This document shows positions 40,133 through 54,687 of a stretch of DNA of 64,000 bases, in pieces. Under the pieces are notes generated by a model. The model was not told the DNA's origin, ran no database searches, and saw only the letters and a program-made list of their open reading frames with translations. The stretch is from Octopus sinensis. Lineage: Eukaryota. The stretch spans positions 51,088,001 through 51,152,000 of the forward strand of contig NC_043013.1 of the NCBI RefSeq assembly GCF_006345805.1, given 5' to 3'. A program made the position numbers and the translations under genes. Positions within the stretch are counted from its first letter, which is position 1. The number at the start of each line of letters is the position of its first letter.

Positions 40133-40842
40133 GGGTAAATAGTTAAAATATTTTTTATTAATATATTTGAAGTTTTAACCGGTTTCACACTTTACACTGA
40201 TTTTCAAAAATTTGAAATAGAAAGACATGGCTTATGTCACAGCTGTTTTGCTTCTAAATGTGTTTGAAGCTTGCCCTATTTTTTATAGGTCTCAAATTAG
40301 TATATGTTTTAAATAGGGTTTGACTGGTAGAGGATAGTCACATCACTGGTCTTAGAAATTTTTGTAGGTTCCCCGCTACGTCCGTGTGTTAGCATCAAGT
40401 AACAATGTTTAGCGTCGTAAGTTAAGACTGACACGGTTGACTGAACAAGTCTAGTCGTAGTACTAAACAATCAATGCTCTGAGTGTTTTCTGTCAAGTGT
40501 TTGTAGAGAATGAACACGTGATTAAGTTTAGAATCTTCTGTACGTTTCCCGCTACGTCCGTGCACTAATGTCACGTGGCAGTATATTTTGCGCCTAAAAT
40601 GAAGGCCGCCAATGTTGAGTGACCAGTCATGTGACTTTCCTCTAACAATCAAAACCTATTCAAAACATATACTAATTTGAGCCATGAACTCCCTATGAAA
40701 AAAGGCAAGCTTCAAACACTAGACAGAAGCAAAAGAGCTGCGACATAAGCCACGTCTTTCTATTTCAAATTTTTGAAAATCACTGAAAATGAAACCGGTT
40801 AAATTTTTAAATATAACAATAAAAAATATTTTAACAATTCCC
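40133..40842. mobile_element. Non-autonomous DNA element with ~220-bp imperfect terminal inverted repeats
   Basis: 40133-40351 matches the reverse complement of 40621-40842; CCCGCTACGTCCGTG occurs twice in the spacer. Confidence 0.85.
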
Positions 40843-41043
40843 AGTGCATTTCCAACTTTTAATTTTCCTATATTTCTACCCGTGCGGAATAAAATAACTA
40901 TGTTTTTACACACATCTATCACCCCTTCCTTTCTCTCATTGCTATTATTTTTCTCGCTCCCTCTCAGTCAGAGCTATTACTCTCGCTACATCTCCTTCAC
41001 TGAATTACTATTTTCTTTCCTCCTCCGCGTCAGGTGTGATTCT

Positions 41044-41090
<47 letters not shown>

Positions 41091-41139
41091 ATATAATATA
41101 TATATATAGATATATATATAATAACACTACACTCAGTAT

Positions 41140-41325
41140 CATATTAGGAGATTTGGATTATTTCTCCGTTTGAGAACGGTCGGGTTCATTTTTAGTATTC
41201 TTGTTTTTGAGAGCAGTCGAGTTTATTTCAAATATTCTCATTTTAAAAATCATTTCTGGCTAATCGTTGAGAGGACGTTGGTGTTGCCTTGGCGGAGCTT
41301 TGCACTCTCTGAGTGCTCTTGTTTT
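41140..41325 (+). mobile_element. 3' fragment of the Helentron-like family seen at 6041-6380
   Basis: Collinear similarity ending GGCGGAGCTTTGCACTCTCTGAGTGCTCTTGTT. Confidence 0.7.
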
Positions 41326-41332
41326 TCTTTAT

Positions 41333-41498
41333 CTTTTATATTTTACTTGTTTCAGACTGCGGCTATGCTGGAGCATCATCTTGAAGAATTTTTAGTCGAA
41401 TGAAGCGACCCCAATACATATCTTTTTAAGGCCTGGTAATTATTCTATCGGTCTCTTTTGCCGAACTAAATCAACAATGGTTGTTAAGCGATGATGGG

Positions 41499-41562
<64 letters not shown>

Positions 41563-41727
41563 TGCGCACACACATATATAAGACGGGCTTCTTTCAGTCT
41601 CCCTCTACTAAATCTACTCACAAGGTTTTGGTTGACCCACTGCTATACTAGACACTCGCCAAAGGTGACACGCAATGGGACCGAACCTGGAACCATATGG
41701 TTGGAAAGCAGACTTCTTACCACACAG
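41333..41727 (-). mobile_element. SINE A, older copy with expanded internal (CA)n
   Basis: Both halves recognisable. Confidence 0.8.
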
Positions 41728-42089
41728 ATTAATAACAGACTAATATATCAATTTTTGTGTAATTTTAAATAGCAAAATAACAAACCTGAAATAATATAAC
41801 TGTTTTTATGTATTTTTAAATAGCAAAATAACAGAATGCAATAAATTTTAGCTGTTTTGTGTTTTCATAAACAGCAACAATGGCTCTTTTAATTGTTACA
41901 ATGTTGGTAGAATATCTTATTTATTGGTAAAAACGAAAGAAGAATAAAACAAGATCCAGAGAAAATGGCGGTGTTAGCGTTAGTAGATTGTTTTTTAGTG
42001 ATGTTTGTTGGTTTAGATTTGATCATTTGTTAATTTAGATGTGTTATAGAAGAGAAGAGGGGTCTAGTGTTTGGGGGATACGTGTTGGT

Positions 42090-43040
42090 CTGTGAAAGGG
42101 GTAAAGGGAGGGAGAGAGAGGGTGAAAGAGGGAGATAGGAGAGAAAAGGATAGAAATAGAAGAGGAAAAAGAGAGTGGGAGAGAGAGGAAGAGAAAGAGA
42201 GAGGGAGAGAGAAAAGAGAGCGCAAGCGGGAGAGACGGATAAAGTGAGAAGGAACGAGAGCAAGGGAGAGAATGAGAGAGAGAGAGAGGGGGAAAAGAAA
42301 GAGAGAGCGAGAGAATGACAGAAAAACAGAGCGAGCGGGAGAGACACAGATAAAGTGAGAAAGAACGGGAGTGAGGGAGGGAAAGAGAGAAAAGAAAGCG
42401 CCAGAGAGTGAATCCTAGAAGAAGAGCAAGAATGAGAGTGTGAGAGAGATAGGAGAGGAGAAGAGCATAGAAATAGAAGAGGAAAGAGAGTGAAGGAGAC
42501 TAAGCGAGAGAGTGAGTCCTAGAGGAAGAGAGCGGGTGAGAGAAAGGAGAGAGGGAAAAAGGGAGTGACAGGATGGGAGAGAAAGTGAAAGAAAGAATGA
42601 GAGAAAGAGAGAGAGAGAGACAGAGAAAGAGGAAGAGAAAAAGAAAGTGAGAGAGAGAGAGGGAGAGAGAGACAGAGAAAGGAGAAGAGAAAAAGAAAGT
42701 GAGAGAGTGAGAGGGAGAGAGAGAGACAGAGAAAGGAGAAGAGAAAAAGAAAGTGAGAGAGTGAGAGGGAGAGAGAGAGACAGAGAAAGGAGAAGAGAAA
42801 AGAAAGTGAGAGGGAGAGAGAGAGACAGAGAAAGGAGAAGAGAAAAAGAAAGTGAATGAGTGAGAGGGAGAGAGAAAGAGACAGAGAAAGGAGAAGAGAA
42901 AAAGAAAGTGAGAGAGTGAGAGAAAGAGACCGAGAAAGGAGAAGAGAAAAAGAAAGTGAGAGAGTGAGAGGGAGAGAGAGAGACAGAGAAAGGAGAAGAG
43001 AAAAAGAAAGTGAGTGAGTGAGAGAGTAAGAGAGGGATGT
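42090..43040. repeat. Purine-rich (GA) array with a ~50-bp unit GAGACAGAGAAAGGAGAAGAGAAAAAGAAAGTGA in 42600-43020
   Basis: Direct inspection. Confidence 0.93.
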
Positions 43041-43595
43041 TTTCTTCTCAGATGACAATATCCTCTCGAATCGTCAGACTCCTCCGTATTTCCCAAGGTG
43101 TACAAATTTATCGAAATCCACAGACGCAAGTAAAAATTTATAGAATTGTTTAAAAAATAAGCGACTTCGTAAGACCATCCACATGAATGATCGTGTTTAA
43201 GTTAGCGTTAACATATTAAATGAAGGGAGCAGTAATAAGTTAACTAAAATAAACAAGTACTAAACAGGTCAACGGTGATGTCTCCTTATTTGACAGAAGA
43301 TTTCATATAATATTATTCAACGGCCAACATTGTTTTCCCCTGACGCATAATTATTTCTAGTTAACATTTACGCTAAGTAAATTAACCCAGTTCAACTCTG
43401 GTTTCTAATTATCTTCTATTATTAAATATTATTTACCCTCTGCCAGTCCAAGGCATTTTCACGAGTTTGTCTTGGAAGTCTCTGTTTCCTTTTAGACATT
43501 TGGTAAGTCGTTGATTCATACGTTCTGAGAAATATAAAATGATCCGTTCACAAGTCCGAAGTTACTCTGGTGCTTGACAATATTGGGTTTATCGG

Positions 43596-44395
43596 AAGGC
43601 GGTGAGCTGGCAGAACCGTTAGAACGCCGGACGAAATGCATAGCCCTATTTCGTCTGCTGTTACGTTCTGAGTTCAAATTCCGCCGAGGTCGACTTTGCC
43701 TTTCATCATTTCGGGTTCGATTAAATAAATACCAGTTACGCACTGGGGTTTATATAATCGACTTAATCCGTTTGTTTGTCCTTGTTTGTCCTCTCTGTGT
43801 TTAGCCCTTTGTGGGTAGTAAAGAAATAGGTATTTCGTCTGCCGTTACGTTCTGAGTTCAAATTCCGCCGAGGTCGACTTTGCCTTTCACCCTTTCGGGG
43901 TTGATTAAATAAGTACCAGTTTCGTACTGGGGTAGATCTAATCGACTGGCCCGCTCACCAAAAATTTCGAGCCTTGTGCCTAGAGTAGAAAAGAATATTG
44001 AGATTAATCAAGGCGATGAGCTGGCAGAAACGTTAGCACGCCAGGCGAAATGCGTAGCCGTATTTCGTCTGTCGTTACGTTGTGAGTTCAAATTCCGCCG
44101 AGGTCGAGTTTGCCTTTCAACCTTTCGGGGTCGATAAATTAAGTACCAGTTCCGCACTGGGGTCGATATAATCGACTTAATACCTATGTCTGTCCTTGTT
44201 TGTCCCCTCTGTATTTAGCCCCTTGTGGGTAATAAAGAAATAGGTATGAGTTCAAATTCCAAAGAGGTTGACTTCACCTTTCATGCTTTCAGAGTCGATA
44301 AATTAAGTACCAGTTGCGTACTGGGGTCGATCTAATTGACTCGCCTGCTCACCAAAAATTTCTTGTGTCTAGAGTAGAAAAGAATATTGGGTATG
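43596..44395 (+). mobile_element. SINE B cluster (two heads, four bodies)
   Basis: Heads near 43597 and 44010; restarts at GGTAT near 43829 and 44243; AATATTGGGT occurs on both flanks. Confidence 0.87.
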
Positions 44396-45026
44396 TCTGT
44401 CATACATGATGCATGGACGCCAAGGACATACATAGATCCTGTGCACGTCACATGGACAGGAAAAGTGGTTTATGGAAATTAATTCTTTCAGATTTTGGCA
44501 CAAGGACAGCTACATTATTTATTACGTCCTTATATGGCCTGGTGCTCTCGATCGCGCTCTCGATCGCGAGATCATGGTTTCAATTCCTAGACCGAGTGAT
44601 GCGTTGTAGTCTTGAGCAAACCTCTTCATCTCACGTTGCTCTGCGACCACTTGGACACCCCACGCATGGCACACAGCGCATTTGTTCAGACAACATCAAT
44701 TTGACAGAGAAAGAGAGAGTGAGTTGATGTGCGGCACGAACATTTGATCACTATAAACAAATCATTTGTTAAGGCCATTCGGCAGAAGCTGGACGCTCGT
44801 AGATCGTCTTCGATGGTAGAGTCCGTCGTATCTAATTAATACAGTCAATTTTATATCGAGAAAATAGTGTTTTATAATCCTTGTCAAAAGCATTTTCAAC
44901 CAATTGCCCCAAACGGATTCATGTTTGTTTTCAGACTTTTAATTAGCCTTGTTTCATACATTCTCTCTAATATTTAGCTTTCAGTTCGTAAGTCCCAAGT
45001 TAGCTCTTCTGGATGAAAACAATTTT

Positions 45027-45420
45027 TTTTACTTGTTTCAGTCATTTGACTCTGGCCATGCTGGAGCACCGCCTTTAGTCGAGTAAATCGTCCCCAGGAC
45101 TTATTCTTTGTAAGCCTAGTACTCATTCTATCGGTCTCTTTTGCCGAACCGCTAGTGATGGGGACATAAACACACCAGCATCGGTTGTCAAGCGATTCTG
45201 GGGGGACAAACACAGACACACAAACATATACACACACACATACATATATACATATATACGACGGAATCTTTCAATTTCCGACTACCAAATCCACTTACAA
45301 GGCTTTGGTCGGCCCGAGGCTATAGTAGAAGACACTTGCCCAAGATGCCACGCAGTGGGACTGAACCCGGAACCGTGTGGTCCGTAAGCAAGCTACTTAC
45401 CACACACCCAATCCTACACC
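45027..45420 (-). mobile_element. SINE A, full length
   Basis: Collinear with 34984-35376. Confidence 0.92.
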
Positions 45421-46799
45421 TATATATATATTTCACATATGATGCATGGACGTCAGGGAAATATGTCCTGTGTATAGCAAGTGATATACTGCGTAGGTAA
45501 ACGGTTAACACTAACTTAACGTTAATAAATTGTATCGTAAATATATAATATTGGACTCTGAACTCTCTCATAGTTTCGGAGAACAGACTACACCATGGAT
45601 ATCATTATAGCGATCATGTTTTGTGCAGAGCCAGACCGACTCGCTCGTCCTTCATGCTTGTATTGAGCTGGGGCAACGAATGCCACGAACGCGGGTAACG
45701 CCATTCAGGATGCAAGATGAGCAGTTACGGAGTTGAAGGGTTTGTCTGTCCTAGACCCGCCAGGGTGTCTCCGAGTGACCTCTTCTGCAGGTAAATTTGT
45801 GACATGATAATTAACCCATAACTGGGAAACTGCAGATGTTACTTTTACAAGCCAGAGTAGACGAAGAAATAAATGTGGCTCAGAGGTGTTTTCCACACCA
45901 ATCAAAATCCTAGAACTCCCGAATCAGGGCCCCACTACCAGATGCTATATTAATTATATTACTACAAACAGTTGCATTTAGTTATCTCCCATCTCACAAG
46001 GCTTTGGTCGGCCCGAGGTTATAGTAGAAGACACTTGCTTAAGGTGCCATGCAGTGGGGCTGAACCCGGAACCATGTGGTTCGTAAGCAGCTACTTACCG
46101 CACAGCCACTACTGCACCTGATGTTTACATTCTTTTAAAAATGTGCGACAAGCAATCACAGGTGTCAAAATGTCAGTAAAAGAAAATTTTTGACGACATT
46201 TAAGTTGACGATGATGAAACTGAGATAGGAGACAATGCAATCGAGGCTGAAGGTAACGAAACCCAGGCTGATGAGGATGAATTTGAAGTTGACGTCGACG
46301 AAGTTGAGGTTGATAACGACAAAATTTTGGTTGGGGTAGGATTTCTGTAAACTGAACGACAAATAATCACTGCTTAAAATTCCACGTGTTGCCCTGTATA
46401 TACAAAGTGAAACTGTGTAAAAACTCGGATTATAGACCGAGTCTCATTTTGTCGGACGCTATAGTCGGATTATGTCGTAGAGTACACAGAGAATGCAGAA
46501 GGCACATACAGCCAACAAAAAAAAGCAACAAACCTTAAAATAGATGATGTTCACAAAATCACAACCTCTATTTTGCTTTACATATATATGTATCCACACA
46601 CACACGCATATGTGTGTGTGTGTGTGTAGCGACGTGTGTACAAATGATGATAATTTGATACTTCTGCAGTTTTATGTTGAAACCTTCACACTTAGAGCGA
46701 AGCACCAGAAAGCAATGTTTGGGCAGAGACTTAAAACCGTAAAAGCTCAGATTAATCCAATTTAATACACATTCAAGTGATGTAGGTCTTTTAAAAACG

Positions 46800-48800
<2,001 letters not shown>

Positions 48801-49009
48801 GTGTGTGGTGTGTGAAATTCAGAATGTCGCAGCAATGGCCTTGATTCGATTCATCCCATAACCACATTAACCTCTTTCTACCCAGTTATATACGGATCTG
48901 GGAATTAAAACAAGCGGAAAACAATCAGCAGAGCATGGCGATCGTGCTGTAATTGAAGAACAAATTATAGAGTTTAAGGGAATTTAATCTTGCTGTCGCA
49001 AATACTGGT

Positions 49010-50101
49010 TTCCATTTTTGGCACTAGGCCAGTTAGTTTTGGGGCTGGAGTTAAGTCGGTTACATCAATCGCAGTACTTAACTGGTACTTATTTTATTGA
49101 TCTCGAATGATGAAAGGCAAAGTGAATCTCGGCGGAATTTGGAATTCAGAACGTAAAGACGGATGAAATGCCACCAAGCATTTTGTCCGGCGTGCTAACG
49201 ATTCTGCCAGTTCACCGGCTTTAGCAACAACAACAATAATAATAATGGTTTCAAATTTTGGCACAAGGCCAGCGAGCTAACGATTCTGCAAGCTCGTCAC
49301 CTCTTTTCAAATTTTGGCACAAGGCCAGCAATTTCGGTGGAAGGATATAAGCCGATTACATCGAGCCCAGTGTTCAACTGGTCCTTATTTTATCGATCCC
49401 GAATGGCTGAAAAGCAAAAACGACCTCGGATTAATTTGAACGCGGAACGTAAGATGAAATGCCTATTTCTTTACTACCCACAAGGGGCTAAGCACAGAGA
49501 GGACAAACAAGGACAGACAAACGGATTAAGTCGATTATATCGACTCCAACGCGTAACTGGTATATAATTTATCGACCCCGAAAGGATGGAAGGCAAAGTC
49601 GACCTCGGCGTAATTTGAACTCAGAACGTAACGGCAGACGAAATACCTATTTCTTTACCACCCACAAGGGGCTAAGCACAGAGAGGACAAACAAGGACAG
49701 ACAAACGGATTAAGTCGATTATATCGACTCCAACGCGTAACTGGTATATAATTTATCGACCCCGAAAGGATGAAAGGCAAAGTCGACCTCGGCGGAATTT
49801 GAACTCAGAACGTAGCGGCACGCGAAATGCCTATTTCTTTACTACCCACAAGGGGCTAAGCACAGAGAGGACAAACAAGGACAGACAAACGGATTAAGTC
49901 GATTATATCGACTCCAACGCGTAACGGGTATATAATTTATCGACCCCGAAAGGATGAAAGGCAAAGTCGACCTCGGCGGAATTTGAACTCAGAACGTAGC
50001 GGCAGACGAAATGCCTATTTCTTTACTACCCACAAGGGGCTAAACACAGAGAGGACAAACAAGGACAGACAAGGGGATTAAGTCGATTACATCGACCCCA
50101 A
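49010..50101 (-). mobile_element. SINE B array; four units at exact 184-bp period running into the gap, plus older copies
   Basis: CCTATTTCTTTAC at 49462, 49646, 49830 and 50014. Confidence 0.92.
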
Positions 50102-50201
50102 NNNNNNNNNNNNNNNNNNNNNNNNNNNNNNNNNNNNNNNNNNNNNNNNNNNNNNNNNNNNNNNNNNNNNNNNNNNNNNNNNNNNNNNNNNNNNNNNNNN
50201 N
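50102..50201. other. Assembly gap (100 N)
   Basis: Run of n. Confidence 1.
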
Positions 50202-51535
50202 ACTGAAAGCCATTTTAGTCCTAAATCGTAGTTTGGAGAAAGTTAATAGAATTAAAGGGGGTATACCAAAGAATTAAAGGGGGTTCACCAAAGTTTATCA
50301 AACAAGAATATGACAAGGACGAATACAAAGATACACAACAACGCTACTAGTAATTGTTGATATACAAGCTACATAATGTAATGATTATGAGGGATGAATT
50401 TAAAGAATAATATTTTGTTATTAATCACGGATTAGAAAATGTATGATTGGCCAAATGTACGATTTAGCCGTGTGTTTATTCATGCGTATCTGTTGAGGTG
50501 TCGTATGTTTGTTTGAACTGTCGAAGTTAAAACAATATTTTACCAAATTGTAATACAGAAGATTAGTTAGGGTGACGAACTAGCAGAATGGTTAGCACGC
50601 CAAGCAAAATATAAACTTACTTTATTGACTCCGTAAAGATAAAAGGCAAAGTCGACCTCGGCGGTATTCGAACTCAGAACGTGAAGATGGACGAAATGTC
50701 CGCTAAGCATTTCGCCCCACGTTTTAACGATTCTGCGAACTCGTCTTCTTACTTTACAATAAATATTACTAAACACATTAAGGCGGCGAGCTGGCAGAAT
50801 CGTTAACATTCCGGACGATATGCTTAGCGGCGTTTTGTCATTCATTATGTTCTGAGTTCAAATTCTGCCTAGTTGAGCACCAATATAGATGTAATCGACT
50901 TAAACCCTAACCCTAAAATTGCTGGCCTTGTGCCAAAATTTGAAACCAGTACTATTACACCCATTAAGTATCGTGCTTATATTATTCCACTGCCACAGTA
51001 TGGCGGGATTTCAAACTTTATCATTAATATTCTTTAGCAGGTTTGTTGATTGCCTAAACCACTTCCACCAGTGTTTAATACACAGCATTTGAGCGTTTGG
51101 GGCAAAGGTTATTTAAGAACCGAACAATCTTATCTATTGTAAGTCTTGTAGCTATTATTTTCTCCTCATAATTAATGTTATCATACATTTTTGTGTCAAC
51201 GTTTCGATATTTTTTCTGTGTTATTAAGAACTAAACTTAAGTGTCTCTGCCCCGTTTATACAAACACATTTTTTCTCGCCTGAAAATGTGTGGAATTAGT
51301 AAGAGCCTTTTATAATAATGATGTCTTATTTTCAGTCTTCGTTGGAAATCATTTTATTTTTATAAGACAGCACTACCTTACACCTCTCTGTGAGTACCAC
51401 TTTACAGTCCTCAAGTAGTTTAAACCGGAGAGAGTTATTCTGGGTTTTATTCCGCATATGTCTTTGTGGAGTTACGTGGTTGTTCTTGTTAAACGCGTTT
51501 CCCACCGCTTTGCCGATGATTTCAACAATACTTAG

Positions 51536-51567
<32 letters not shown>

Positions 51568-51789
51568 ATTGTGTGTGTCTGTATATATATATATTTATGT
51601 GCGTATGTCTAATCGTTTATTGTTGGAGAACTCTTTTTTCACACATATTTCATTAAAGAACATAATTTTAATCTGTTTAACATTGTTAACATGACATCCT
51701 GTGTATAATATTTCAAACGATGGAATGTATATAATTCTCTAAGGCAGAAACGGCCTTCTAATATCTAAATTGTGTTTCTCTGTCATTAT

Positions 51790-51885
51790 TCCTCTTCGCG
51801 TTATTTTCATATCTGTTGGCGTTCGTTTTATTTCCTCTTCGCGTTATTTTCATATCTGTTGGCGTTCGTTTTATTTCCTCTTCGC
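51790..51885. repeat. Perfect 43-bp tandem duplication (2.2 copies)
   Basis: TCCTCTTCGC starts at 51790, 51833 and 51876. Confidence 0.95.
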
Positions 51886-52309
51886 TCTGACCGTTTCTCC
51901 CCCACCTAAACTCGTTCCCTCTCCATCCTTCCTCTTATATCAACCCTCTTTTTTATTCTTTTCTTTTCTAATTATATCCCCCCCTCTTTCTCACTAATTT
52001 CCTTTTTATTTATCCTTCGACATCTGCGAACATTTCACCTTCTCTCGACAAAATTCTCAACCCCGAAGGTTAAACTTGTGCTGTTTCCTAACGCCATTAA
52101 TGCTCCTGTTTGAAGTAACATGTATCATATTTTGTCAGCACAGACCATCAGTAATTCCAATACAAAGTTCTATATATATTCAGTGAGATTAACTTGTTCA
52201 CACACAGTCGACTTAGGACTTAATCCGTCTTGTTCTTTAAGAATTTTCTCTTTGATAACCAGCGAGAGTCTGTTTAGAGTAACAGCGCAAGCATTCTCGT
52301 CGCGAGTCC

Positions 52310-52600
52310 TCTTAGAAATTTTGCGAGCTGCAAAACAAGCAACAATGTTACAATTTCCACCTGAAAACTTTCGAATCACAATACAAACATTCTTGTCACA
52401 ATTCAACTTAGTCACAACACAAGCAATATGGCTTCAAATATTGTGAGTCATAACACAAGAATTTGTGTTACAATTTCCGCTAGAAATTTTGAGTCACAAC
52501 ATAAGCAATTGTGTCACAATTCCAGCTACGAATTTTTTAAGTCACAAAATAATCGTGTCACAGTCCTTACAAGTAAATTTTTGTGAGTTACAATACAAGC
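52310..52600. repeat. Degenerate ~45-bp minisatellite (GTCACAACACAAGCAATTGTGTCACAATTTCC...)
   Basis: Five to six decayed units. Confidence 0.7.
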
Positions 52601-52889
52601 GCCCTCATCGCTTACGCTATTGATGGATTTTCAGGTTATATTTTTTGATCTTACAAACAGTAATCTCATTCTCAAACAATAGGTGCCATACCTCACTCTC
52701 TCATGAATAAACATTGACGGAATTTGGTAAAGGAAACAAAAATAAACAAATACAACATAATATCAACTGAAATATAACGTGTCTTGAATGGTACGACTCT
52801 GCAGAATGGACTATAATAACTGCTATACTTTAATTATTCATAGTCTGATATAATATTTCGGAATATAAAAATTCCTTCTTCAGGTATTG

Positions 52890-54245
52890 CTAGGAATTGA
52901 TCGAGTCACTTATATAATCGGTTTTCCAACGGTTAGTGAAATTATCTTCCCGGAAGCGTCTCTGCAGTGGTCTCACGAAGCTCCTTCCGGAATTCCTCAT
53001 GAGAAGTGCGTGAGGGCGGCCATGTCTCGAGCTCGTGTGTCGGCATATCCGCAGCGCTGCTTCTAAGTTATGTATTATACGTGCAAGTGTTTTGTTTTAT
53101 TTTTACAATAATCTCCTATAATATCAACTGTTGCTAGGAAGTGCGTTGTGACGTCATATGCTTTCGAAGACCCCCCCCCCCACCTAAACGCCTATAAAAC
53201 TCCGAACCTAAAATGGAGGGCAAGGCAAGTAAAGACTCTTTAGATTGTGATATTTCTGAAAAACAAAATCTTAATTATATGAAGCTAATATTGAAGGTGT
53301 TGACAGAATTGGTAAAACTCATATAACAATATCAATTTAGAAACCACCCAGTAGGCCATTCTTGGTTTCTGAGGAGTAACTTATAAACTTAACGAAATCC
53401 AAGATCCTCCTTGGAGATATCATTAGCTACAATATTTAATGGGGTTACCAAATAACTAGAGCTGATTGAAATTACGCTTATTTCTGGGCAGAAAATAACC
53501 ATCGAATTATAGTCCATAACATCTTTTAAGAGTGGATGTTGGAAACGTGGATTAAATCTCGATTTAACATTTGCTAGTAATTAAATATCTGTGTGGCATA
53601 AGAAAATACTTTTGCCCCTAATTCCTTGAATCCAACGGAACCCCATATGTTTTGAGGCAGATCAGATTACCGCTCTAGTGAAAGTTCCTTTTCAAGGTCG
53701 ATTTGATTTTAAGAACGCATTTGTGAAATATTTACAGACAATCTGGAGCAACGCCTCCCACAAATTGAGCAAAAGGAAGAAATTTACGACAGTTTCGCGG
53801 CTGGTTTGTTTAATAGGTAAAGGAAATGTAACCCACGCTTGTAAATGTGAAAACGCTCCTAGACTCACAGAAGAAAACCGAGTTTTATAAAAGAAAAAAA
53901 AAAAGCTATGAACAAATATTTGAGACCGATTCATTCTCAGAGTATATTGTTAATAACTTACAAATACTGCCTATGTTCAGTGATGTGTTGAGAAATTGGT
54001 TACGGAATCTCTAAATATCTATAGAAGCAGCCAGGAATCATAGCATTTCATAGAAGAGCTAACTGGTGGTTCCAGAATCCAGAGGAAATATCACGACGTT
54101 TCAGATAAACAAATAGCTTATCAAATTATAACAGTGAAAAGCCATTTATGAAAGTCCATCTGAGGAACGATCTAAATCACAGCTAGAATTGTGTTTACGT
54201 ATTAAGGACATGACACAGATATCCCAACTCAAATTCCGTTTATAA
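52890..54245 (+). mobile_element. Decayed LINE 5' part: putative UTR, APE endonuclease and linker (possibly Ingi/Vingi or another I-group clade)
   Basis: Across frames: TIISYNI, CDVIC, PKMEG, KPP, LLGD...WGY, WAENN, SFKSGCWKRGLNLDLTFAS, VPFQGRFDFK, QIAYQI. The clade assignment is uncertain. Confidence 0.72.
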
Positions 54246-54383
54246 AGTTTTTTTTTTTTTACATATGAATGACTTGAAACCAGTTTCAGTTTCACAACTC
54301 AAATTACGTTTGTGCATGATCGTTTTATATATAAAAGAGTTGAAACGTGTATGAATAATCTTAATAAATGAAAAGCAAAAGGG

Positions 54384-54687
54384 TTCCTTCCTTCTCCTTC
54401 TCGACCATGCCTGGCTCACAAGGGCCGGTTTCTCGGTTTCCTTGGCGTATAGTTTCCCCACCTGGACGGGACGCCGGTCCGTCGCAGGTGAGCTGCTAGA
54501 TGCAGGAGGAAAGAGTGAGAGAAAATTGTGGTGAAAGACTCAGCAGAAGTTCGCCATTACCTTCTGCTGGAGCCGCCCAGACCTTAGGTGTTTTGCTCAT
54601 AAACACACACATCACCCGGTCTGAGATTCGAACCCGCGATGCCTCGACCGCGAGTTCGCTGCTCTAACCACTAGGCCATGTGCCTCC
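54384..54687 (-). mobile_element. SINE C, full length
   Basis: Reverse complement of 9920-10200. Confidence 0.87.

Noticed and set aside
43025-43080. CUGACGA...GAAA motif on minus
   Set aside because: It has U-A instead of G10.1-C11.1, a one-pair stem III, a mismatch at the first stem I pair, and its 3' strand lies in the GA repeat.
45629-45790. Exon-like segment with TGCAG acceptor and CAG|GTAAAT donor; similar case at 51041-51138
   Set aside because: All three frames contain stops, and there is no independent evidence for a non-coding exon.
52170-52415. Minus-strand terminal-exon candidate (RKISKRTRDENAC...)
   Set aside because: The acceptor falls in a decayed minisatellite; no recognisable homology and no partner exons.
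52930-53220. Housekeeping promoter (CCGGAAG, TGACGTCA, TATAAAA motifs)
   Set aside because: TGACGTCA is the C-D-V-I-C codons of the LINE endonuclease, and the region is better explained as the LINE's 5' part.
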